A stretch of 64,000 nucleotides of DNA from Haliotis cracherodii (lineage: Eukaryota), in assembly GCF_022045235.1 (NCBI RefSeq), contig NW_027266286.1:16182001-16246000 (forward strand). The letters run 5' to 3'. Below the pieces are notes generated by a model. The model ran no database searches. It was not told where the DNA came from and was given only the letters and a program-made list of their open reading frames with translations. Of the stretch, positions 49,760 through 62,300 are shown one piece after another. Every line of letters starts with the position of its first letter. The stretch's first letter is position 1. The translations under genes were made by a program, and so were the position numbers.

Positions 49760-52340
49760 AATGTTTGAATATAGATTAAATGATAAATCCAAATGGGTGT
49801 GGTGAATGCATACAAACTAAAACCATTAGAAATGGCAAATTGATTTAAGTTTGTTTTTCTTAGCCTTTGGACTTTATATAGATATAAACATGTGTTATAA
49901 TGAAAATAATATAATGATGAAATAATTTCAGTAAAAGATGTTACAGTTTGAATCTTGATATACTGTTGATATACTGAATAACGCTCATATACAAGCATGA
50001 AATTCATCTTCAATAAAAGATCTACCATTTTCTATATAATATTTACATATTCGTTCAGTGTATGGGACATTTGTGTATCTCCCTAAATCAACTGCAAGTT
50101 TAAACTTGCTACATCTGAAACAAGTCATACATATTCTCAGATGTACTGGTATGGGGAGTGTAAGCTGTTTTTCTACATTTAACAGGGATTTAAAATGTTT
50201 ATAATAAAAGGTATCAGATATATACTAGCCACATAAAGAAACTGTGCACGGAGAAAATATAGATATTAGGGTACACCGTCCATATATGAAATATAGGCTT
50301 GAACACAGCAATTATTGGAGACATTCAAACGCTCATGCACGTGCCATGCGATATGACGTCATTGATGGGGACCTATGGACGTGCAATGTGTTACTGCACG
50401 TGCATCCTGTGCAGCTGTACACAGCATGTGCAACTCAAAATACGCTGTCACTTTGGAAAGCATGATCTGTGGTCATTCAAAAATTCAAAACTTCTCAGGC
50501 GCAGACACAAGCATATCACAAGCAAATCATGCCAAGATTGACAGCTGCACAGCGGCATGAAGCCATTGGAATGATCCGAGCGTAAATGAGGCAACAACAG
50601 GTGGCAACACATTTCCAATGCCATCGTAACACGATATCGGCATTGGTGAGGCGTTATCAGAACACAAATGACGTTGCCGACCACCAACGTTCAGGACATC
50701 CCCGAGGAACGACGCCAAGACAGGACCGATCGATTCGAGTTACACTTCTCCGACACAGGTTCCAAACGGCAGTAACGATGTTCCAGATAATTCCTGGACT
50801 GCGCCGTATCCATCCCAACACTGTCAGGAATCGTTTAGTAAGGGATTCGACCACGACGCCCTGCCATACGTCCCATCCTGACACACCGTCATCGAGTCAG
50901 CCGTCTAAGATGGTGTCGAAATCATGTCGAAATCACCTCGAATATGGTGGAGAAATGTTGTCTTTACAGATGAATCGAGGTTCAACATTTCCCACAGTGA
51001 CAGGCCCAACCTGTCTACCGGCGTTTGGGAGAACGTTATGCACGCAACTGTATTGTGAAGAGGAATCGTTTTGGTTGTGGCTCTATGATGATTTGGGGTG
51101 GGATAACAGCACGGCACCGAACCCCTTTGGTGGTTGTTCAGGTCAATCTCACCGGTGTTGGCTACAGAGATCAGATTCTGAGGCCTGTGGTCATTCCTTT
51201 CCTGCAACGTCATGGCCCGGGATTCACATTTCAACAGGACAACGCTCGTCCTCACAAGGCTAGGGTCGCAATGGATTTCCTTCACCATAACAATGTCATG
51301 TTACTGCCATGGCCAGCAAATTCTCTCCCCAATAGAGCATGTGTGGGATGAAATGGAGCGCCGTCTGCGTTGTCTTCCACATCCTCCAGATAACGTCCGT
51401 GACTTGGCACAGGATTTGAGGAGGATATGGCAGGCCATTCCCCAGGCATTCCATGCCCATTTGGTGGACTCCAAAGCGCGCTGATGCACTGCTGTGATTC
51501 ACGCACAGGGTGGTCATACCCGTTATTGACTTTGTGACTTTGTCGTTTGACCCCCTACTCCATTGTGATCTTCTGACGTCATCGTAACAGTTGTTGTTCA
51601 GTCCCGTTGACATTTTCTTATGGTCCGATCATTCAGCTGCTACAGCGTCTGCATCATTTTGTTCTTGCTGTGTTGTATTTCAATCCAGAATATATTTTCT
51701 CCGTGCACAGTTTCTTTATGTGGCTAGTATACTATTGATAGAACTACACCATGATTGTTGGAGGTTATCAAATAATCTTTGTTTAAAATGATGAATAAAT
51801 ATCTTCAATTTGCAAACATCTTGTGTTAACCATACATATCCAAAACCTAATTTAGATAAATGTGTAAATGGTTCTTAAATACAGGTAAAACAACAAACAA
51901 TGCTTTGGTTTTAGTAGAGTGTAGTAGAACCCCTCTCCAACTTGTGTATACCACAAGGGCCATCAAGTATTGGTGCAGGCTACTTCGTTTGGATGAGCAC
52001 AGAGTGCCTCGCCAATGCTATTTAATGCTCAAATCACTGGACCATTCTGGTCACACCACATGGGCTACTCACATTAAGAATATTTTTATTCTGTACGTCT
52101 TCAATAATCTTACAATATGAGATACCGTATACCTCTGCGCCGTAACAGACAATAGGCACAGTCATAGCATCAAATATCTTAAATAAATCTTCACAGGGTA
52201 TATTACCAACTTTCTTTTGATATCTATATAATGTCATAATAGCCTTGTTACTCTGTGCAGCAAGAGTATTTAGTGACTTAGTCCAAACAAGTTTGGGCGT
52301 GAACACAATACCCAAATATCTTAAAACGACACACTTTCAA
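49760..52340 (-). mobile_element. Decayed LINE ORF2 3' portion, split by the Tc1 insertion and containing an internal ~230-bp inversion
   Basis: Reads KYLGIVFT...EDVQNK (minus), CKWFL...THIKNI (plus), LSKLGFGYVW...WCSSINS (minus), then after the Tc1 FYYKHFKSLLNVEK...RICKY...IEDEFH (minus). Confidence 0.8.
50223..51729 (+). mobile_element. Tc1-family DNA transposon, full length, transposase pseudogenised (50529-51529)
   Basis: Perfect 39-bp TIRs TACTAGCCACATAAAGAAACTGTGCACGGAGAAAATATA with TA TSD; HTH N-terminus, RSGHPR, VFTDESRF, FQQDNARPH, SPIEHVWD split by a stop and frameshifts. Confidence 0.95.
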
Positions 52341-53280
52341 TGTATACAAAATATCTGTTGACAACCAGTTGGCGGTACAAATGATTTGCAAATCCTGCAA
52401 TCGACCAAAATTTGCACCACAGTTTACGAACTGGATTTCGATTTCGTTACGCGATTGTGATTGGAGTATGCATAGACTCGTTAGTCCAGCCAAAACGTAA
52501 CTCAATAATACCAGCGTAGTTCGGCAAGGGTGGAAACTGGACTTTTATCGTCAGTTAACTCTCTTGCCTCGGGAAGATGCATATAACCAGCAATAGCAAT
52601 CAGCTATGCCAAAATGCTTCCCTTTATGTTTCACGATTTTACGTAATAGTACATGCTGCAACTAAAATAACACAAAATTGATGAAGCATGCTTAATTGGA
52701 TAATTACACAAGCAGGGTCAAAATTCCTGGAATGAGGCAATTCTTGGGGATCACGCAAAACATTTGTGTCATCCAAGGAGTGGGCAGTTCCTTAAGTTAC
52801 GCATTAACTCAATACACTTCCTGAGTATTCGTCTGATGAAGTGGCAAGAAGTAGCCCTGATATGTCGTTACAAAGAATAATGATGTTGTTATCCATAAAA
52901 CATTAAAAAGATCCATGTCTTCATGTCTTGTGTTAGTTGATAATTGTTGGAAAAAAGTGAGCACTTACTATACTCAATACCCCTTTGACTCACCATGAAA
53001 AGACAACAGTGTATGCAAAGATTTTCCTGTTTGACCCTAGTTTCAAATTCTTTAGGAATCAGATTAGCCCTGTCCAGAATCATGCATATTGAAACAGTTC
53101 AGTGTGATTAATTGTAATTCTGGGTCGTGGAGTCATTTGAGCTTACTTCATGATACCGCACACAACAAAATAGGGAAAATTTTGAAAGATTATTTGTATG
53201 TGCAAAAGATGTCCTCATACAAGTAGCTAAGTTATCAGTTATATAATTGTGGGTTGGCACATGTGACCTAACAGATAGAT

Positions 53281-53543
53281 TGTTGTTTGTTGTTTAACAC
53301 TACACTCAGCAATATTCCAGCTATATGACGGCGGTCTGTAAATAGTCGAGTCTGGACCAGACAATCCAGTGATTGACATCATGAGCATCAATCCACGCAG
53401 TTGGGAGACGATTACATGCATCAACCAAGTCAGCAAGCCTGACCACCCGATCCCGTTAGTTGACTTTTACAACAAGGATAGTCGCCTGTTACGGCAAGCA
53501 TGGGTTGCTGAAGACCTATTCTACCCCGAATCTTCACGGGTCC
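53281..53543 (-). mobile_element. Family B full copy
   Basis: Ends precisely at CTTCACGGGTC, the family's 5' terminus. Confidence 0.85.
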
Positions 53544-55738
53544 CTACTCCCTAACAGATAGTGAAAAGGGTGTGCTAAGGTGTTGGAAACTATTAGGATT
53601 TAAATAAAACATTAATTATAGATGTGTAGATGGGTGTGTGCATAATAGGTTTATGATGCTTTTTCTCCCACTCAAAAACATTATTGTGAGCACCTGTTAT
53701 TGATCCTGTTATTAGACTAATGTTATATATATATGTGTTCTTCGCAGATCTGGACTTATGGTCTTATGGTTGTAATCTATTTGATTAATTATCTTCAAAA
53801 TTTCATTCGATATTGTTTACATTAAATATTGCTAAATCGTCTGTGAACTGACGAGCAGACCAACTCACCATTATTTACAGCAACGACAATCAGATGAATG
53901 CTATTGACGCCTTGATAAGAACCTTGGTCATTTGACTACAATGTATCATATGTCAATAAAATGTTTTTGGGTTCAAAATGGCTAGATGTAAAATATAACC
54001 ATCTTCTACAAAGAATAATGATGTTGTTATCCATAAAACATTAAAAAGATCCATGTTTTCATGTCTTGTGTTAGTTGATAATTGTTGGAAAAAAGTGAGC
54101 ACTTACTATACTCAATACCCCTTTGACTCACCATGAAAAGACAACAGTGTATTGAAAGAGTTTGTCTAAACTTTATTGAAAAAGATTATGCATTCATTGG
54201 CAAAATACATAATGCAAACACTGACAAGGATAACAATTTAACTCGGAAGAGGAGCTGATGAATATGTAGTGAATACAAAGACAGGACTACAATAATAATA
54301 TAACAATAGCAGGGTTATATGCAAAGCAGAAATATGCAAAATATATATTGGGCACAATAATATTCATAGTTTCAAGTTCTTGAAAAGAAATACAAAGGTC
54401 CTGTAATTAAGAGATTATTATCCTCCGCCACAAAGTGGGGCGGGGATGTAGGAACAGAGTTCCTCCGTCCGTCCTTCCATCTGTCCATACGCTTCTCAAA
54501 GGAGACACATTTTCGCAAAAACTATTTAAGTCAGAGAAATGAAATTGTACACACTGATGTTACTGGTCAAGATCTCAAATGAGTTCAAAATTGGAGTCGT
54601 AAACTCATTTTTTACAGAGTTATGGCCCTTGCTCCATGATTTTCAACTAAATGCATACTGCGTGAAATGGGGACAAGTTTTCTCAGCAACTGCTGAAGTT
54701 AGCTTATCTACTGGTACTTAAAGAGAGTTATTTTGTCCAGAGAGGGGCCTTTTGTGTGGATTAATTTCACATTTAATCTTTTTTCTGACGGCATAAAGCA
54801 GCCCAAGTGCCTAACTCTTCTTATGGCTTTATAGAACTCTTTTTTTATAGTTTATTTCACTATATGAACAAACAAAGTTCTAATGAGTCTCATTGCGAGG
54901 CATAGTGATAACGCTGTTGTCTTGTTTCACCAGCTCTACACCATTTCATTACTTTACAGGACCCTTACCTTTCCTGAAAGGACCCTTAAAATTAGAAATT
55001 GGGGCCCTCTGGACCCCTAGTTTGAGGTCAAGGTGAAACCCTGCAATAAGCCCTTCAAAATTTCAGTAGAGGACACACTGGGTAGGTAGTTGCCTTGGTC
55101 GCTGTTAATGGCTGGCTGTCTCTGGAGTTCTATATAACAAGCACTTTAAAGCTCCAGAAGCAGTTTTCTTATTGGCTAGTATCGACTTCTTGTCAGTCAT
55201 TTCATTGGTTGTCAAAGTTTGCAAAGGTTCTGACGTGACCCGTAATGGGATGTCCTCAGATTTTTCTTTAGCAGTATAAAGAACTAAGATTTCATTTGAT
55301 TGAGACTGAATGCACCCAAGTACATAGATCAACATATAAAGGTCATATATCAACTGTGATAAACGTGATAGCTTCCGTAGTTCACACTGAATTCAGAACT
55401 CAAAGTGAAAGTAGCTGTGGTGTTATAAAAGATCAAGTCAGTTTGGTGAGTATGAGTACCATAGTAGGAAATACATGGACACTTTCTAAACATATTATTT
55501 TAACTGATACATTCAAAATGGATGTGGTGATTTACCAAGTTATGAAGTAACAAAACAAATTAAGCGTACCTGCACAAGTAGTTTTACATGAACTATCTAA
55601 ATAACATTATGAAGTATAAATGAAGTGGCGAAACTACTGGTTTAGTCTCAAGACCCTCATGCCACTGACAGTCTAGTTCCATACTTTGTTTACCAATAAA
55701 TGGTTATGAAGTAACAAAACAAATTAAGCCAGGCTGCA

Positions 55739-56590
55739 TTAGTCAATTGTAGCTTTGTATGAACTGATAGTAGACTCTACGGTGTCGGCTCCAGGTCGGA
55801 CATGTGGATCCAGTGCCAGCATAGACTTCAGCAGGGCGGCTTTCATGCTGTTGGACACATGTTTTGTGACAGCGCTCTCGATCTCTCCTTGACTTGCTTG
55901 ATGAAACACTTGATTTGATTTTGGGATGACTGGCCACAGTAGAGTACGAGTGCCGACGTTGTCGGTTTCTAGAGAATGCATGGCGTAGAAAACCACCCCA
56001 AGAGAGAAAATATCACATGCTTTGGTATAGTGACGGAAGTTAACCTCAGGAGCCTTAAAAAGGTGAGTGCCACAACCTGTATTCAAATAGTAGGTGGAGG
56101 ACATTGTTGCCGTGTCACCAGATGTAGGAAAGGTGAATCGAGCAAGTCCAAAATCACCAATCTTGCAGATGGGGTCATTATCAGGTCGTGCTACCAGCAG
56201 AATGTTGTCGGGTTTGATATCTCTGTGGGTTATTTCTTTGTTATGGAGACTGTGAATACCCCGAGCCATGTCAAGCATGAAATTAAATATAGTTCCCTCC
56301 CCTGGTCTGTTTTTAATCATGTAGTCATTCAGTGTTCCAAGGTCACAGTACTCCATTAGAATTTCGATCTTACCATGTGACTTCTGCACATCAAACAATT
56401 TCACAATATTGTCATGATCAAAGCACGCCTTTAGTGTACTTATTTCCCTTATAATACCTCTTTGATCTAGGTCGGACGTCTTCAGTTTCTTCAGGGCATA
56501 TAGTTGACCATTAATCGTCACCTTGTACACAACACCGAACTGACCTTCTCCAAGTTTTTCATGTACTGTATAACTTTGTTCAGCCGCCAT
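55739..56590 (-). CDS. PDIK1L/STK35-like kinase K2 (283 aa, uninterrupted CDS)
   Basis: AAGATGGCG start; GEGQFG, ALK, RE, HRDIKPDN, DFG, APE, DIFSLG all intact. Confidence 0.9.
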   Translation of the reverse strand: MAAEQSYTVHEKLGEGQFGVVYKVTINGQLYALKKLKTSDLDQRGIIREISTLKACFDHDNIVKLFDVQKSHGKIEILMEYCDLGTLNDYMIKNRPGEGTIFNFMLDMARGIHSLHNKEITHRDIKPDNILLVARPDNDPICKIGDFGLARFTFPTSGDTATMSSTYYLNTGCGTHLFKAPEVNFRHYTKACDIFSLGVVFYAMHSLETDNVGTRTLLWPVIPKSNQVFHQASQGEIESAVTKHVSNSMKAALLKSMLALDPHVRPGADTVESTISSYKATID

Positions 56591-57919
56591 CTTGAGTTGC
56601 TCCCTGATGAACACGGGTGTTGTGGATGCTCCTGCTCACACACTTTCTCAGAACACGAGATTTTCCCAGCAGCCCCACTTCCGACATGCGCAGTGGGACT
56701 AGCTTAGCAGACGATATATCAACATGCAACACATTTTCTTTTCATTTTTTCTTCGTTATTTGCGAGCACAGAAGTCAGTGTCAAACATTGTTCATAAAAA
56801 TCTGTAAAGTGTTTTCAAATATATTTGAGGACTTTTTAACTTATATTTAACAGAATTACGGAGTAACTGAGAATATGCTCAGAACTCATAGTGAAAGTAG
56901 CTATAGACATGAGAAATGTTTTCGAGGAAAATGAGAATTTGATAGCTTGGTGTGGTTCAGCGAAATGTAATTTTATCTGGTTATACAATGGACAATGTGT
57001 AAGTGGTACATCCAAATGTATGTGGCGCATGTTTAGCTTATGACTAGAAGTCCTGGATTTTTTAAGTACTTGTTGATCAATTTCTTGCTAATGCAATACA
57101 CTTTAATGTAGGATTCTTTTCACAATATTAAACATTGATGTCTGTATTTACGTATATGTGTATCCCATAGATATGATAAGTATCTTAAATGAATTTATGT
57201 TAAGAGTTATGTTAAAATGTTAAAACTGTCAAATTTAGTCAAGCATGCCATCCTAATATTAACACAGTCAGTCTATTGTATGTCACGAAATTGGTGGTTG
57301 TTCAGGGATGTCCAGTGTTCAAGTTTAGTTTGCTGTAAGGCACAAACAACAAACGATATATGTGAATGTAAGTCAGCCTGATACAGATGTGAAGCCTCCA
57401 TGGACTTAAACTGACTGTAAGTTTTCAATTTACTCCAATATGGAAATAGACAGGCAGACAATTGTTTTTAGTAACAGGCCACTGGCCTATAATACTTTAA
57501 TATAGCATGACAATTCAACCCTTAAAAATAGAAAATTTCTACTGGTCCTAATGGTATTGGTCTGAAACTATTGGGCAGTTTGGTAAGGACTAGTGCCGAT
57601 TTCTATCGCCCAAGCACGCACGTAAACACGCACGCACCCACCCAGGCACACACGCATGCACACAGTTCAGTGTAATATGGCGAGATATTTTCTTCCTGTC
57701 GTAGCATATTATTTACATATGAACATCACATGGTATTTATCTTCAATATATTTACAGTTTTTGGACAAACAAATCGCAGAATCATTGATTGTGGGCAGTG
57801 TAGCTGTGTTCAACATATATTTGTATTGAACATAGAAATTACATTTTGAGGATAATTCCATTGAAGAATAGCAGTTTTGATACAGGTTAACTGATAGTCT
57901 TTGCTGAAAGTCATTAAGG

Positions 57920-58330
57920 AACAGTGTTATATCACTGATTTCTTGCAGTAACCAGACCAGCCCAAGCTGAACAAAATGGTTTTAATTGATGTAATCCATG
58001 TCCCTCTTCCCACCTCATCAAGTGCTTTGACAACAAAAAGGCTTGACATGGTAATCTGTAAAGTTGAGATGAAGAAGTCTGCACCAATATTTTACTGCTC
58101 TTGCTTACGGCGTTTTCCTCAGCGTTTTCCTTCCCTCTGTTGCTCCTGACAATTGCCTTCTTATTAATGTTCATGATCGGCCATTTTACCCCTTTCCTGA
58201 TAGACATTATCAAGGGACTCCAGATTGTTTGGGTTTTGCATCGCATTGACAGAGATTTCCCATTTCCAAATTATTTACATATATCCAAAATGTTTAGATG
58301 TATCAGATATAATAGAGATATCTTTGCTTG
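57920..58330 (-). mobile_element. Degenerate LINE ORF2 fragment
   Basis: AVKYWCRLLHL...LDEVGRGTWITSIKTILFSLG is similar to the LINE segment at 51860-52085. Confidence 0.6.
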
Positions 58331-59189
58331 TACATTGGTCCCGTCACGCCTTTTACAGGGAACTGGCTGCACATACACCGTTATCTCTTCGGAACGCGGG
58401 ACACTGTTTCGTTCATCTGCTCTACAGTTCCTTCGCTGTTGATCATGTGATGGAGGTGTGTGGAGTTTTTCACCACAAGCTAGACTAACCTGGTTCCCAG
58501 CTCCCTATGCATGTCATCAACTTGTGCTATGAGAGACAGGCTTAGCTTAAAGCAACACAAGACTGATTTGCCTACCTTAAAACGTTTGCGACCATCGGCG
58601 CATTACAAGCTTCGAGTAGCCATGAAAGGAGAGGATACCGGTCTAGGCAAGTATACAGTATTCTCTCCGCCGGCGCAGAAAAGGTTTTGCATATCCTGTG
58701 TGAGGTTATTTTCCCTGGATTGTAAACAAACCTGCTTATCTTGGAATGAGGCACCGATAACCAAACGTGAGCCGGTCGGCACTGTTTATTTACTGTGGTA
58801 GACGTGACAGTAAGTAGATCAACATTGATTTATACCTCACAGTGTCTCAATCGCTAACTTTTGGTTCGACCTCAATGTCGTGACAACATTTTCACTGTGC
58901 TTAGTTTGGAATCATCGCTTTATTTCCACAGGATTGACCCTGCTTTGTTGATCAATTATATGGTCAGTCTCGGCCTACATGATGCAACTTCGATGTTTAC
59001 AGTGTTTTTTGCAACTTTTCCTTCAGAAATGTGATTAAAAGACCTAGGAGTGATGTGAAATTGTTCCCACCATCGCCTGACCCAACCAAATACCTTTTTG
59101 TTGACGCCTCAACAGTGGGTTGGGGAGCTTATTAACAGGATCTATAAGTGGCAGGGTGGTGAAATATCCCCTTACAGTTCAAAGCAGAG

Positions 59190-59355
59190 AGGGGCGGACG
59201 GGTAGCCTAGTGGTTAAAGCGTTCGCTCATCACGCCGAAGTCCCAGGTTCGATTCCCGACATTGGTACAATGTGTGTAGCCCATTTCTGGTGTCCCCCGC
59301 CATGATATTGCTGGAATATTGCTAAAAGCAGGGTAAAACCATACTCAGTCAGTCA
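59190..59355 (+). mobile_element. SINE family C
   Basis: tRNA head and tail; flanking CAAAGCAG direct repeat. Confidence 0.85.
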
Positions 59356-62300
59356 AAGCAGTGATCTTGTCAGTGTCTCATAGGGCGACACTTCTTCACT
59401 ACTCCATTTCATGGTCGGAAAACCTATCCGTTGTCTGGTACATAACGTCTATGTCACTACTGTCTCTGGCGTTTAATTCTTCTCTACTGATCGACTCACT
59501 CAAGTCCAGAAGAGGCACATCCCCCAGCGCCTCCAAAATCAAAGCTGACTCACTGTCCAGAACCAACAAACCATCTCCCAAGGAATGGCGCCTACATCCA
59601 ATGATTTGCACCGACATCAATCTCTTTGCAACCCCCTTCACCGCTCAGCTATCCCGGGGGTATATATCCCATTCCCCACCCTCAGGCTTGTGACCACAAC
59701 ATGTCAGCACTATTACGGGAGGGCCTTCATACTTACACCTTACCCCCAACCGCTGTTTTACCTCGGGTATTGCAGAAGAATGCTTCCACTATTCATCTCT
59801 CCCTGTTCTTGATCGAGTCCTTTGGGCTTACTTGGAGTTTGTTCACCTCGCTCATCCAACTCGCAGACAGATGGTTTTATCATCTACTTCTAAGAGTCGA
59901 CCTTCTCCTTCAACTTCACTCTCAGTTGCCTCACCGGTCGCTCGACACACCTAATCTGTGCGTTTGGTGCATTTACAAAATCCCTTGTGCGAAGGGTTGC
60001 TCTAGACGGGTAGTTTTAATCCATCTCGCAGGTTTACAGATCGTCAACCAAGTCATTATACAACCATATTAAAGTGGAAGGCTATTGAGGCCTACTCGCA
60101 TGCGCGGGATATTTCTACACCCGCTACTGCTTCTCCACAACAGATTGGAGAATATCCTTACCATCTCCGGCAGTTCCCGGAAGAGGCTCTTTTCCTGCTC
60201 TTTGCCGCAGCGGTAACGGAAGTACCCCATACCACGATTTAGTTCTAGATTCTCAGGATATTCTCCAAACCTATTTATTTGCCGCCCTACCTACCCCTGT
60301 TGCCTTCAGCCAACACAAAACTCGTGTTGTCACTTTTACACAGTAATTGTACTAATGGCTGGAATTCCTGGGCTCGATCGTAGCGCGACCAGTGGCTATT
60401 ATGAGTTATGTCCCTTCTATGCCTCTCCTATGGACAAAACAGATTCCACCTCTCGTATCACTTGCATTTGCTTCCAACTATTAAAATGGCAGTGCCCAGT
60501 CAACACGATCTGATCGATAATCAAGATCTATATTGTGATAAAACGGGTCTTACATCATGAAATGCATCAAATCACGAGAGCACCTTGATTAAAAACATGA
60601 AAAGATTTGAAAAATATCTGTTGACAACGAGTTGGCGGTACAAATGATTTGCAAATCCTGCAGTCGACCGAAATTTGCACCACAGTGTACGAACTTGATT
60701 TCGATTTCGTTACGCGATTGTGATTAGACTCTGCATAGACTCGTTAGTCCAAAATACCAGGCTAGTTCGGCAAGGGTGGAAACTGGAATTTTATAGTCAG
60801 TTAACTCACTTGCCTCCGGAAGATAAATATAACCAGCAATTGCAATCAGCTATGCCAAAATGCTTCTCTTTATGGTTATACGATTTTACATAATAGTACA
60901 AGCTAAAACTAAAATAACACCAAAATTGATGAAGCACGCTAAATTGGATAATTACACAAGCTGGGTCAAAATTCCTGGAATGAGGCAATTCTTGGGCATC
61001 ACGCAAAACATTTGTGTCATCCAGGGAGTGGGCAGTTCCGTAAGTTGCGCATTAACTCAATACACTTCCTGAGTATTCGTCTGATGAAGTGGCAAGAAGT
61101 AGTCCTGATATGTCGTTACAAAGAATAATGATGTTGTTATCCATAAAGCATTAAAAAGATCCATGTCTTCATGTGTTGTGTTAGTTCATAATTGTTGGAC
61201 AAAAGTGAGCACTATACTCAATACCCCTTTGACTCACCATGAAAAGACAACAGTGTATGCAAAGATTTTGTCTAAACTTTATTGAAAAAGATAATGCATT
61301 CATTGGCAAAATACATACTGCAAACACTGACAAGTATAACAATTTAACTCGGAAGAGAATCTGATGAATATGTAGTGATGGGCCTTGGAGTGAATACAAA
61401 GACAGGTCTACAATAATGATATAACAATAGCAGGGTTATACGCAAAGCAGAAATATGCAAAATATATATTGGGCACAATAATATTCATAGTTTCAAGTTC
61501 TTGACAAGACATACAAAGGTCCTGTAATTAAGAGATTATTATCCTCCGCCACAAAGTGGGGAGGGGGATGTAGGAACAGAGTTCCTCCGTCCGTCCTTCC
61601 ATCGGTCCATACGCTTCTCAAAGGAGACAATTTTTCTCCAAAACTATTTAAGTCAGAGAAATGAAATTTTACAAACTGATGTTACTGGTCATGATCTCAA
61701 ATGAGTTCAAAAATTGGTGTCGTAACTCATTTTTTTACAGTGTTATGGCCCTTGCTCCATGATTTTCAACTTAAAGCATACTGCGTGAAATGGGGACAAG
61801 TTTTCTCAGCAACTGCTGAAGTTAGCTTATCTACTGGTACTTAAAGAGAGTTATTTTGTCCAGAGAGGGGCCTTTTGTGTGGATTAATTTCACATTTAAT
61901 CTTTTTTTCTGACGGCATAAAGCAGCCCAAGTGCCTAACGCTTCTTATGGCTTTATAGAACTCTTTTTTTATAGTTTATTTCACTATATGAACAAACAAA
62001 TGAGCCCCATTGCGAGGCATAGGGATAACGCTGTTTTCTTGTTTCACCTTACAGTACAGCTCTACACCATTTCATTAATGTACAGGACCCTTACCTTTCC
62101 TGTAAGGACCCTTGAAATTAGAAATTGGGGCCCTCTGGACCCCTAGTTTGAGGTCAAGGTGAAACCCTGCAATAAGCCCTTCAAAATTTCAGTAGAGGAC
62201 ACACTGGGTAGGTAGTTGCCTTGGTCTTTGTTAATGGCTGGCTTCCATCTCCTGAGTTCTATATGACAAGCACTTTAAAGCTCCAGAGGCTGTTTTCTGA

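Larger units (their letters stand above)
52349..56625. repeat. Segmental duplication copy 1 (copy 2 = 60612-63750), each containing a kinase gene
   Basis: Collinear high similarity across MITE remnant, non-coding spacer and kinase. Confidence 0.9.

Noticed and set aside
55105-55353. 82-aa ORF in the duplicated block
   Set aside because: The paralogous copy has an in-frame stop, and the core matches the interior of the MITE at ~35790.
59360-60345. Possible LTR or retroelement 5' region truncating the MITE copy at 60355
   Set aside because: GC-richer and insertion-like, but I could not find a second LTR, PBS, TSD or diagnostic protein motif.
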